DNA from: Paraglomus brasilianum
Lineage: Eukaryota
Assembly: GCA_910592345.1 (NCBI GenBank)
Contig: CAJVPI010000093.1
Location: 1 to 55,624, forward strand
Direction of reading: 5' to 3'
Length of the DNA: 55,624 bases
The translations under genes were made by a program, and so were the position numbers. Every line of letters begins with the position of its first letter. Position 1 is the first letter of the stretch. This document shows, piece by piece, positions 1 to 12,290 of the stretch. The notes below the pieces were generated by a model. That model did not search any database. It saw only the letters and a list, made by a program, of their open reading frames with translations, and was not told the origin of the DNA.

Positions 1-120
1 CTAGCCGTTGTTTATATTTTGTACTATCACCCGTTTCAGTGACCGAGAATTACTAAGTTTAGCTATTGTTTGTATCTCGTACTATCACTATTTTCCGTTA
101 CCGAAAATTACTACGTTTGA
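1..120. repeat. Degenerate ~59-bp tandem repeat (2 copies, truncated by the window start)
   Basis: TAGC..TTGTTT.TAT.T.GTACTATCAC...TTTC.GT.ACCGA.AATTACTA.GTTT occurs at about 2-60 and 60-118. Confidence 0.7.
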
Positions 121-229
121 ACTTTAGTGTGACAGTACTAAAATTAGATCTCTGCGGGTAGTATTTTGACTGCGGAGGAAGATTTTATCACATGACTTTG
201 TCGACTGATTCATCAGACCGACTCGTCGT

Positions 230-508
230 AACAAAATGTAGAAAAACAGTAACCAAAAAATCTTGATGATTTGTGGCAGTTTATGGTTGAGGAGTGGGAT
301 AATATTCCAGAAACTATTATAAAAAATTTAATAGGATCAATGAGAAGATGTTGTGAAGCAATTATTGAACAAGGTGGTGAACAAATTAATTTTAATAAAA
401 TTGGCAAGTCTCACAGATTTAAATAAGCTATTAATGAAATAATTTGCATTAATGGTTGTTGAGTTATTACAAAATTATGGAGGGCAAGTTTTTTCTTCCT
501 ATACTGTA
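230..508 (+). mobile_element. 3' end of a Tc1/mariner element (transposase C-terminus plus terminal sequence)
   Basis: The + frame reads *PKNLDDLWQFMVEEWDNIPETIIKNLIGSMRRCCEAIIEQGG, a Tc1 C-terminal pattern. It is followed by ...TTTTCTTCCTATACTG|TA at 506-508, a CAGT-type terminus with a TA target site. Confidence 0.8.
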
Positions 509-705
509 TGTCAAGTTACATTAAACTAATTTGCTAACTTTCTACAATCTTCAAATATCATTATTAGAAATTAAGAATAGTTTTGCTGATTCAACTTCAA
601 TGGTTGTTTCTGAAAAACTATTAAAAGAGAACTCCATCAATCTGGCTACTTTTGTTGTGTAGGTATTAGAAAACCTTATTATTATGTGAATGAGAAAAAA
701 ACCCC

Positions 706-770
706 CCAAACCAAACCAAACCAAACCAAACCAAACCAAACCAAAACAAAACAAAACAAAACAAAACAAC
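706..770. repeat. Compound pentanucleotide microsatellite (CCAAA)n(CAAAA)n
   Basis: Directly visible. It lies inside the Tc1 relic and produces the spurious low-complexity ORFs 551-769 and 686-904. Confidence 0.95.
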
Positions 771-1325
771 CAGAAAGAAAAGATTGGATTAGGCTAAGGA
801 GAAGAAAAGCTGGAAAAATGAATGGGAAAAAAAAATATGGAGTGACAAATCATATTTTCGTTTATTTAATGGGGATGGCAAAAGACTGGTATGGTGACAA
901 TTGATGGAAAAATTTAATATTAATGTAGATTGTCTTAGTCTTATTCCAATGCACAAATCAGGACAAGATGGAATAATGGTATGGGGTTGCTTCCACAAAA
1001 ACGGACTTGAGATTGGGAGAGTTAATTCTAGAGATTATATTAATATTAATCTCTTGCAAGGTAAACTTTTACCATATTTGGATACTCTTGAAGATAAGGA
1101 AAATTTTATTTTCAAGAGGATATACTCCCATTCACACATCAAGATTAAGTAATAAATGGAAGACTAGAAATAATACAACTAGCCTTTGTTGACCACCCTG
1201 ATCTAAATCCCATTGAACATTTATGGGATGTCCTAGTACTAGAAAGAAAGATTAGGGCACACAATCCCTTACCAAAAAATAAGGAGGAGCTTTGGCAAAT
1301 ATTGCAAGAAGAATGGTCACAAATA

Positions 1326-1910
1326 CACAGTGAAACTCAATAAGTCGGATTTGGCTTAAGTCGGACAAAACCACTCAGCCTTTATTTTTTATATTTAAAA
1401 TTACTCGATAAGTCGGACAACATATTAATATATAAACTCTCATCAAGCTGTAAGTCGGACAACCTTTCCAGTAAATGAGTCGGATTCACGTGATTTGTAT
1501 AAAGATTGACAAAATTTAGTAGCGGATTATCCAATCAGTCATTTAGCTTAAAAGTCATATTACACTGATATCAATTTAGAAAGCATTCAAATTCTGTATC
1601 ATTACTTGGAACAGAATAATGACATAGTAGTAAATAGTCAATTTGTTTCAGGATTAAGAGATTTAAAATGGAAAATCAGTAGAAAACAAGTTACTTCGTT
1701 AAAGCAAACTAGCACGGACATTTATTTAAATAAGCAATAGTAATAGTAATAGCAAAGTTTTCATCTTTATATCTGTTTATTAATAAGTAAATTATCCGAA
1801 TACATCTTATAACATGAAAGGAAATTGTGTTAAATGAATCCTATTGGCCTCTCGATAAGTCGGACAGCCATGCCCAGCCAGTCGTGTCCGACTTATCGAG
1901 TTTCACTGTG
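1326..1910 (+). mobile_element. Non-autonomous (internally deleted) pogo/Tigger-type element, 585 bp, with TA target-site duplication
   Basis: TIRs CACAGTGAAACTCAATAAGTCGGA and TCCGACTTATCGAGTTTCACTGTG are flanked by TA (1324-25, 1911-12). TAAGTCGGAC subterminal motifs repeat inside. An internal fragment ESIQILYHYLEQ...LKQTSTDIYLNKQ* resembles pogo/Tigger transposase C-termini. Confidence 0.85.
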
Positions 1911-2134
1911 TAGATAGTCGATAGTGTGCCCAAACGAGCTGCTGCTGTAATAGAAAATAAGGGGTATCCCACTAAATACACGTAATTTACTTATTACCAC
2001 ATAATTGTGATTCCAGAAAATTTGAATCGCGTTCGGCCAATCATTCTAAAGCTGTTTGCTTTCTTGGAGGTATATTAATATGGATGCATATAATAAAAGG
2101 CTTTATTACTTAAAAAATTGTTCACAAAGGCCAC

Positions 2135-5100
2135 TCATATTCGAAAATCCAACCGGAGGCTACTTGAAGCACAATTGTCTACGATTTCCACAAACAATTC
2201 TCTCATCTACAATTAAACTAGAAATGATATCACAGTTGCACAAGCTTGAAAGTTTAGATTGGATACTTGATTAACTAACCTCTTGCTCGTAGAAACTTCC
2301 ATTCTCCACAGATCTGCAAAACATTATTGCAGTTTCACACCATTTCCTGGCTTCTTCAAAATTTCTCGCTCTGTATTAGTATATCAACATTAAAGATGAA
2401 TCATTAATATGAATACTTATACTATGCATTCATCGTCACCCTTGCGGGCTACTCACGAGTAATAGTCAACTCCCTGGTTCCATGCTGTTACCATCATCCA
2501 CTGAATTTCTTCCTCTGGATATGATTGCTAAATTATAAGAAAGATGATAGTTTAGCAAACACTTGGTAACGTTACTTTGAACACTTGGCTTTATTTACAT
2601 GAGGACAATTCTTCAGAATATCCGTAGCTTGCACAAAATATTGATGCGCAACATGTTTGTCTTGATGAAGTGCTGAAATTAACAGCATACGAAACCATCG
2701 CGAAAAGCGAGTATACTCTGAATGCGGTTGACTTGATAAAGAGTTTAAGAGAGCCTATTCGAATAGCGTTTAAGCGATAGAGTCCGAGATTAATATCTAG
2801 CATGCATAAAATATGCATAATACAAGAACAGCATCAACTTTCAAAAATCTGGTTTGATTACTTGTAGAGTTGCAGATAAAACTACAAAATCAAAGGTATG
2901 GTATTAAAAACACAATCAAACCGCTATTTAACAGCATTTATTAGGATGCTTGCTTACTTTCACTAGGACACTCTCTGTCAATAATGAGCAGTTCCATCAT
3001 TCGTTCATATACTTTAAAGGGCATGTTAAGTTCATATTTTCTTGCGTCCTTAGAATTCCAATCGATCAATCAGGCGTATCAGTTGGATGTAACATGCATT
3101 GAATTTTTTAGGTCTTCCCTTGTACATACGTCAAGCATCTCTCGAATTTCATTCCATCGCTTTAATTGTAGTTTTGCCTCAAATTCAAACAAGAATACAA
3201 GCATAACATCAGATTCTGCTTGTTGAGGTTCAACGATTGTTTCGCTATTCAATTGTTTACGCATTTGGAGAACATTGCGTATTTTCTGATATAGTATGAT
3301 ATCCGCGAGAGACTTTTCGAGGAGACTTTCCTACAAAATAAAGATGCTACATTAATAAGATTAACATTCCACGTCCTAAGTTGTTAGATAGAATTACTAA
3401 ACGAAAAGACCGGCAAGATAAATTTAAATCATCGACCTTTTCCTCCATTACTATACTATCACGTGATTGGAAAATCCTTCCGGCGATACACGTAAATAAA
3501 CAGAGCCTTTTCCAAGCCAGAATCTCAACCGTTTCCTCCTTATAAAGTTCCAGAAACTGGAAAGTTTTTGTTACAGATTGTTGCAAGCATACATCTTGTT
3601 GTCATAACAAATTATAATACCTTATACGCAATTCCAAACAATTGGATTGCTATTGACGCACTAGCCGGATTCTGGCAAAATTCAAGAGCAATATTCCAGG
3701 CTGTATATCGTAAAATGCTGTCAGTAAAATACCTAAATGCATTCATATAAGCGTTCTTACTATGATCATTTACCCGTTTTATAGTACCATTCAAGTTCGT
3801 TTAAATCTTGTTTTGTTAACATAACGTCAGTTAAAGGTGAGGAAGATGCATCCAACCCAATAACTGTAATGGCTGATAAAGAGACAAAAAGAGGTATTTT
3901 TTCAACGAAAATTTGGGTTCATCATACGTTTTTATTCATCCACAAGAAGTTCTGCATACCAATTTCAAAATATCCCAACAAATATTGTCTTAAGGCTTGC
4001 CTACATAGATATTTAGTAAGTTAATCGTCAAGCTTGCTCAATAAATTTCGGACAACGTTTCAAACGTACTGCTCATCTTCTCTTGCAGATTCAATTGCTT
4101 TATGCGTCAGCCGTATCAGGCATCTGTTAAATAGTTGTCAATGCGATCATACGTGCATGAACAACAGCTTTTTGTGCGTTACGTAAGTTATACTAACCGC
4201 AAAAGCACCATAATATCAACGCCTAGTGCGTCTTGGTTCTCTCGACGCTTAAGTAGAATTTCTCTCAAGACCTCGATTAATATCTCTTTATTATTTCGCT
4301 TGTATGCTTCATTTGCAGCAATTGTTAGCATATTTGTATGAAAGTCGTTTGAATTACACATTTGATGAAGGTGTTTAATAGCTGCATAAACAATGTATTA
4401 GGTAATTGTAAATCAATTGTAAACGCAAAGTATTAAGAATTATATTACCATTGTCCACATCATTTATCTCTAGGGCAATGTTAAACATTATATAATAGTT
4501 TGCAGCAGAATTTGCCTCATGCTTCTGGGCAAGAGTGACTGCGTTAATTGCATCGGAAACCGCATGCCTTTCTAAATCGCAAAGAGAAATCTTCCTGCAC
4601 GTACGGACATGTCGGTTAGGTAATGTATTGTTTGTTATAACACTGTAACCTGTATTTACCGTTGCAATATAGCTGCGTTTCTGTTATCCACTTCACTGGA
4701 TGCGATAAATTTATACGCAAAAGTATACCAGCTTTTGGCAAGTTCATAGTTTTTTTCCTGTTGTATCACTGACATTAGAATTACTGTTTGAGGAAGCTCT
4801 AAGGATTGCTCATTACTATGACCGCTCATACCGCGTAGTTTTCGTCTCCATTTTGCCATAGTATCTGAACAAATAAAAGAACAATGTCAGATATGTTGAA
4901 TTGGATAATCTAACCCGAATAGCAGATGTTTTTAACCATTTGGCATGCTATAATTGTTTTTCTGGAAAGTGTAATCCCGTGCCGCTGTTCATCTACATAT
5001 GTGTTAGTAAATATAATATTTGTGATTTCACATTTTCGTTATAGTTTTCAACTTATTTTGTTAATCTTACATCCAACTGTAACCTCAACGCTTTTCATAA

Positions 5101-7492
5101 TATTTTCCATGTCATTCTTTTTGCCAATATTTCCCATTATGTGAAATTTAGCAACAATCGTATTTTCAACAAGCTCCATATTCCCGAGATCTGCTAATGT
5201 TTTTTCAAGGAGCATGTCGAGACCGTCTAGAGAAACACGCGGGCTTAAAGAAAATTTAATAGTCGATATTTTAATCGATTAATTGTTTCAAACATTTACT
5301 TGTATAAAAAGCAGACATATACTTACTTTAGCTCAGCGATAAAATGTGCTGCATTTAGCAATCTATGCCAATTGCGTGATTAAGGTATTAGTGACAAATT
5401 TTTTACAGAAATGCGGCGAGATAATCATTTACATTTTAAGTTCATCCTTTGCTACTTGCTGAGGGCTCATCAATTCTTTGTAAGCTATATAATTTTTTTT
5501 TAAAAGAAAAAGCAGAATAAGTATGCGTCTAAAATCTTTACTAAAACATCAGACTTGTATATTACCTTGCTCGATGCCTGAAAAATCGGCACCATTTTGC
5601 TTCAACATTTTAATTTTCAGCGACATTGCCAATAAATTCCCTGGATCTCTCTTTGATAATTTGTAAAAAAAATATTGTCTTTTAGCCTAAAATTTAGCCA
5701 AGTATACTTACTTCTAAACATGTAGCGATGGCATTTTCTGCAAGATGGAGGGCGGATACGTCTTGAATAGACTTTTTCAGATAACAAGATGCTATAATTA
5801 ATAATACACATATGTTAACATTAGCTTCTTACATTTATTAAACTGTAGATTAACGTCATGTTATTACCGAGCAAGTTTAAACTTTTTGTCTGCATATAGT
5901 CAAACGTATTTCGTTAGTCATGTACTCGCAAAATAACTTCTTTTTTTTTCGCTTATGAATAGGACATACCAATATCAACATTGTTTCATGGCATCGTTTT
6001 CCTTTCATAAACTCCGCAACATCGTGGCACTTTTTTAGCCAAGTTATGGCTTCAGATATCTTGTTATCTTTCGATAACTGATAGCCAATTGTTAGACACA
6101 CCTGACATACATAATTGACCTTATTTGCAAAAAAGGAATACGCGTTTAAGTGCAATAAACACAACGAGAAAACAATTCTATTCGGAACACAGACACACCT
6201 CACGCATCGAGCAGTAGATGAGATACTTATCAGCTTGCAAATTAAATAAATGAGTTAACATCAAATCAATTGTACTTGAATAATCAATTGATTATGTTAC
6301 CAGTTGCATGTTGCATCATAAGGTTTGCAATATGTGTGTTTGCGAGCTTCCAGGCCTTTCGATAAGTTGTAATATTAATATCAAGCTTACGGCAACTTTT
6401 TATATACAAGCTACATACCACTTCTGCACGAGATGCGTAGAACGTTGTGAGAGTCGACGCTTTGGATTTCCTCAAGTCATCGCTTTCGTCTTGTGATGCT
6501 AGTACGTTCGCTTCATGCTTACAGGAAGGGTAAACACACAGTTTATTACTACCCGTTTATCCAAAATGTTGATGTTATACATGTTTTTAAACAGCAACCT
6601 CATTCATAGACCGATAAACTTCATCTGCTTTTTCGGTCATTCCGCAGTCTTATTTTACAATCATAAGTTAATGATGTCAAATCAGTGTATTTGATCAGAT
6701 TACATTATTATCAATCCACTTACCGATATAAGCTTTGCCTACTTTTGTTGCAAGAGCGATTAACTTGATTCCGACTAGTAAAGCGACTTGTTAGTTTATG
6801 TTTGTTATTAACGTAATAAGAAATATATGTAGTGTACCTGTTTCATCAGTACGAGTTATTGCTCCAGTTTGAATGAGCACTAATCCTGCTTGACGGACTG
6901 CCAATAAAATAATATTGAGATTATAACAATATAACCGACATTAAATCATTCGATTAAATATTTACGCAGAGCCACTATCTTGTTATTCTGCGAGCGACTT
7001 GTTGACTTGTAGTATATTGACGCATTCCAGAGTGTGGTACCTTCACCGATCAAGAAGGACTGTGTTAATGTATTATTTATGATCATATCGAATGAATCTA
7101 AAGACAGACCAATGTCATCAATATCAAACGAGTATTCTTCGCATTGGGCGAGATTTTGCAAATTTGCCAGCGTGCTAGCGACTCTTATTAGCTCGGTTAG
7201 TAAATTTTCGACTGTTGCGGTGTCTACGACGTTTTCGCCCAGTTTATGCTGAATATCTTTTACCATGGCTGTCTCAAAGTTGATTAAAAAGCGCCCAAAT
7301 TGAAAATTGATTTACAAACACTTTAAATGTCTTGCCTGATATTATATCTAGTTCTATCTTGAGCCTACATCTTGTAGTTTCCAAAGCCGACGTTTCGGTG
7401 GTATGGGATGAGTCTAAAATCGCCGTTAGTGATGGAGGCAGTCCAAAAGATGTATTTGGAGTATGGTGTGGTGGATTGTGTTTGTTATTCAT
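2135..7492 (-). CDS. SPO22: Meiosis-specific TPR protein SPO22/ZIP4 (TEX11 orthologue), more than 20 introns
   Basis: Spliced translation gives GTTLWNASI, EAITWLKK, ILWQNGDENYAEKNYELAKSWY, ELEWYYKTAWNIA, FSRWFRML and the C-terminal YPEEEIQWMMVTAWNQGVDYY...EEARKWCETAI signature. The last exon is MRELFVEIV...FRI*, with TGA at 2135-2137. Confidence 0.88.
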
Positions 7493-8118
7493 TTAATCAG
7501 TATATCGCAAGACAAAGATAGAGATCTAACCGCACGCGTTTATGTTATGATTCCGTCTTAAGTGATACCCCAAACGCATTTTAAAATTGCGGGGAATTAT
7601 TTGCTTAAATTCAACTCAGATTGGGTGATAATAATTAACTGCATGAAATCATGTCTAACACGCATTTAAGTTTTACGAGTATAGAATTCTTCGTTCTCGA
7701 GTCATAAATTGCGCATTGTACGTATAATATTATAATTACTCGTGCAATATAAACTTGTAACTACCCACGTTACCAAATTTTATTAACAATTAATATCTCT
7801 ATAAAAAATTGCATGTTTGTGAATCTTTTACTGTTGAGAGACCAAGCCCAGAAATTAGAAAACATGTTCTAAGTTAACCGCTCGGATCCTATAATTCATT
7901 GCCAGTAACCTCAGTTCTGGTTAAATAATTCTGTCATTCTTTTGTTTTTCATCAAGCACTTATTTCCATCATGCCCATAATGCCACAATTATCGAGCTAC
8001 CATAGTTTATTCATCTTCCTCTAAATATCTGACTATTTTGTGAGAGAATGCAGTACTAATAAAATATCATTGATGACCTCTTCGTTACCGTGTGTGGCCA
8101 ATTTGCAATTTTGTATCA

Positions 8119-8125
8119 TCACGTG
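8119..8125. promoter_or_regulatory. TCACGTG E-box in the divergent SPO22/MTR10 intergenic region
   Basis: The same motif lies upstream of the isochorismatase (13276-13283), Kch (16489-16496) and COQ11-like (54329-54335) genes. Confidence 0.4.
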
Positions 8126-8357
8126 CAATGGCCTTCAGTATTAATATTAAAAACGCAGTAAACGTTTCGTTTGCTGCGGCATTCCATTCGCCAATATATC
8201 GGGCTATTTATGTAACACGAACGTAACAAATGACAAGCATTGAGAAATTAGACCAACTTCCCTTTTTCAAAATAACCGCGTTGTGTGGTTTAATATCATT
8301 ACTGCTGCAACAACTGCTTCCTCTAATTTGTCAGTCCTTATTACATATATTGGAGAT

Positions 8358-11300
8358 ATGACTCACGAAGGCACCAAGAAGACTTTGTTAATTGAAGTCG
8401 AAGCCTTATACAACAGCCAAGACAGGACCAGGAGAGACCAGGCTAATGCCTGGCTACAAACATTTCAGAAAACGGTATTGCTCGTGCTCACTGATTGGAA
8501 AAGGAAATCTCAACTATATTTTTCTGACAATTTTACTTTTATTCGTTTTTTATGTGATTTATCAATTGAAAAGGCAGAAGCATGGACAATAACTGACCAG
8601 TTGCTGAGAGAACCTAATATTACTGATTCAGCACGATACATAGCAGCACGAACACTGCGGCAAAAGGTACAGAACGTGTTACCATTGCAATGATCAAATG
8701 CTATGCTACTATTTCATTATACTTAGATTGTAAATTCCATTTTCTACAGATTACCCTAGATCTTCATCAGCTCGACGCAGCAGCCAGCATATCTCTACGC
8801 GACTCATTGCTTGCATTACTATACGAGTATCGTGCTGGTCCCCGTTATATAATTACTCAAATATGCGTTTCTCTTGCTGCGCTGGCACTTCAAATGTCTG
8901 AATGGCGAGACGTACTGCCGCAAATCACTGATTTATACGGAAAGAATCCAGAGACTATTAACTGTTTATTAGAACTCTTGAAAGTTCTTCCAGAAGAGAT
9001 CAACGAGAATAAGCGTATACCTATTTCGGTGAGAACAAACTTGATGGTTATGTCAGTATAAATTAATGACTGCTTTGTCATTAACATGGTTCTTGATCTA
9101 CTTTGTTATTAGAGCGAGGATTATCATGTGCGATCACGAGAACTTCTGACCGACAACGCAGAACAAGTGTTGCAATTGTGTCTGATATATCTTCAGAACT
9201 CGGGTAATTACAAAAGATGGCTACTACGGCAGAAATTCATGGTGAAGGTTAATTAACATTTATAAATTTTCCATCTTGTTTAGGACCAAATACAAGTGAT
9301 CAGAAACGCGTGTTTGAAGTCCTATTAAGTTGGCTTTATTCGGGAGATATTGCTATTAGTGCTCTGGAAACAAGTCCTCTGCTGGAATATACTTTCAAGG
9401 CTCTAGACTCTGAAGAGCTCTTTGATACGGCTGTTGATGTAGTATGTGAGGTTCTCCTAGCATCCCAGGACTTTAATGACTGTATGCCAGTAATTGAGAA
9501 GATATATCCAATGTTGGCTGCGTTGAGCGAGCCACTTAAGAAAGCCGTGGTTGAGGAAGATGAAGAAGATAACGTTCGCGGCTATTGTCGGATATTTACA
9601 CAAGCGGGCGAATCATATCTGCCATTAGTTGTACGGCATCCGGAAGCGTTCCAGAGCATCGTTGAGGGCATAGGGATATGCACAGCTTACAATGATTTAG
9701 AGATTGTTAAAATAACATTTAACTTCTGGCATCGATTGGCTGACGCTCTCGACTATGAGCAAAACGCGAACATTCTCAAAGAAATATATTCTAATCTTGT
9801 TGATGTAATGATTAAACATTTACATTATCCTAAATCTCTGTCTGACTGGACAGCAGAGAAGCGCGACGAGTTTAGAGAATTTCGCCATGTGATGGGTGAT
9901 GTATTGAAGGACTGTTGTCGAGTCTTAGGGTCACAAGCTTGCCTATCGAAGGCTTATTATAAGTTAGACCAACATTTAAGAAATACTGCCAACGGAAGTG
10001 CAGTCGACTGGCAGGAAATAGAGGCGCCCCTATTTTCATTACGAGCAATGGGATCAGAGATTGAGGAAGGCGAAAACGTTGTTTTGCCTCAAATCATGTT
10101 TTTATTGCAACAATTGCCTGACCATCCCAAAATCCGATATGCCGCGACATTGGTTGTTGCTCGGTATTCCTTCTGGACGAAGACACATCCAGAGTTGATT
10201 GATTATCAATTGACTTTTATTACAGGTGGTTTCGATAACGATGAAGTTGCGGCCGCGTCTGCGCTAGCATTCAAGTTCTTATGCAAGGACTGTAGTGAGG
10301 TATTTATATCTGACGATTCATTTACTGGTTTCTACGTATGGTCACTAACATCTCACATTCCGTGTATTGTAAATACAGCTATTAATAGACTACCTACCTC
10401 GCCTAATACCATATTACTTTAACCTAATCAAAAAGCTCCACGGAATGGATATGCTTGAAGTAACGGAAGCTGTATCGCACGTTATAGCTGCAGTGCCATT
10501 CCCCAAACTATCCGAACCCGTTAACCTCTTTTGCCATCCGATGGCTCAGCGACTGCAGGAAATAGCTGCGAAAGGTCCGGCCGCAAGCGAATCCGAGATT
10601 AGGGAAGCATGTGGTAGGGATTTATTACCAGATATGAAGTAACTCTTACGCGACATCACTTGATTGACAGATATACAAACCCACATTCTCTTACATTCCG
10701 GCTGAATTACTACCAAAAATGGCCGTAAATATCGCAGATAAGATCGAACAAATAGCTCTTGTGCTCAAAACTATCGCTGAGCGTCGTGGGGAAGAAAAGG
10801 TGGCCGAGAATTCGAGTGGAGAGGTGCATCCATGTATTGTTCTCATACAGCAAATGTGGGAATCGAAGATATTTGACATGCTGTTTGCGAATTACGCTGC
10901 ACATAAGCAACTGTCAGAATCATTGGCAAGATTGTTGAAGTATTGCGTGGTCTCGTATTCGAAAGATTTTCGACCAATGTTGCCTACGCTGATGGAACGA
11001 TTAATTACTGCGTTCGGGCAGACCGCGTTGAGTTGTTATTTGTGGGTAGCGACCAAGTGTGTAAGAGAGCATGCCGATGGAGAAGGCAATCCCGTCACCT
11101 TGGCATTAATCAGTTTTGTTTCGCGGTTAAGTACAGTCATGTTTAGTACTCTTTCCGAAGCGCAAGTTAACGGTATTCCTGATGGTATGTTGATATGCAA
11201 TGATGTTGTCTTGTATTGTTCATGCTGGCTCGCTGTTAACTTATGCATATTTGTTCTCAAGTTATTGAAGAGTATTTCCGTCTCAACATTGCCTGTGTTG

Positions 11301-11988
11301 ACATTGTTCCTGCAACTTTTGTTCAATCCGGCATACTACCGCCAACATTCCAGGCCGGAATAGAGTGCCTGTCAATAGAACAGCCCGATACTCTCGTGGC
11401 CGTCCTGACGTTCTTCTCTAAACTTCTATCGTACGCAATGACACTCAAAGAGTCTCAGCAGCCGGTTGTAGCCGACCTAACATCGGTTAATGTTTCATCA
11501 TCTCAACCGCCGTCTGAAGTGGCTAGACACAATCTTGTACATATCGAGACGGTTATACGTCAGTTTGGTGGCGAGTTAACGTATAAAATGTTGTACGGCA
11601 ATTTGTATATATTCCCACGTGACTTCCAGACTGATGTTGATAGTTGCTTCAAGTACATGGTAAAATTGATGCCTTTGGAGAGCCAGCAATGGATGTTGGA
11701 TGCTGTTCAACGGTTACCAGCGACGAATTTAACTGCAAAGGAAAAGAACAAGTTCGTTATGGATTATAATGCGTATGTATATTAAATTTGAACTTGCGAA
11801 AAGGGGGGGTAATGCGATTCAAATATTAATTATCTACCATGTTTTACTCGTTTCTTTTTGGTTATTTGATCGACAGACAAATCCAAGCTCGAGATTGGAG
11901 TAGATTGCGACGAGTTTTGAATGATTTTACTGCCATCTACAGACGTAGATATGTAACATCGCGAAGGAATAGAGGAGATGTATTATGA
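8358..11988 (+). CDS. MTR10: Transportin-SR / importin-beta family nuclear import receptor (Mtr10/TNPO3)
   Basis: ANAWLQTFQK, ARTLRQKI..DLHQL, ITQICVSLAALALQM, LELLKVLPEE, ITFNFWHRL, RDEFREFRHVMGDVLKDCC, WQEIEAPLFSLRAM, HPKIRYAATLVVARYSFW. The last exon ends ...RRNRGDVL* at 11988. Confidence 0.93.
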
Positions 11989-12290
11989 GGAAAGGGTTAA
12001 TGTATTATCTGGATGAAGCTGTTGGGGAACGTAATCTAGTAAAGCGACGACAGCAATGTGCAAGAGAGATAGTGTTAATAGTAGTAGTTTTGTCCAAGTA
12101 ACTTAATGATTGTTTAATTTAGTCAGAAAGCATTGGAAGGTGTAATAGTGGAAGTGTAGATAGAATGTATGTCAGACGAAATACAGCAATGAGGTATTCT
12201 TAAATCATTTGTACACAAGATAAAACAATTGTTAATTACAAACATATATTAATTTGATTATCTTTAATATACGTTGAAATGGTGTGTAAT

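Larger units (their letters stand above)
510..1980 (+). mobile_element. Degenerate Tc1-type DDE transposase pseudogene, interrupted by a microsatellite and a nested element
   Basis: Frameshifted fragments in Tc1 order: KRELHQSGYF, KIWSDKSYFRLF (WSDES-like), HKSGQDGIMVWGCF, PIHTS, DLNPIEHLWD, PKNKEELWQILQEEWSQI. After the insertion it resumes as IVDSVPKRAAAVIENKGYPTKY (1913-1978). Confidence 0.88.

Noticed and set aside
551..904. Repetitive ORFs (FGLVW)n and (PNQTK)n
   Set aside because: These are translations of the pentanucleotide microsatellite.
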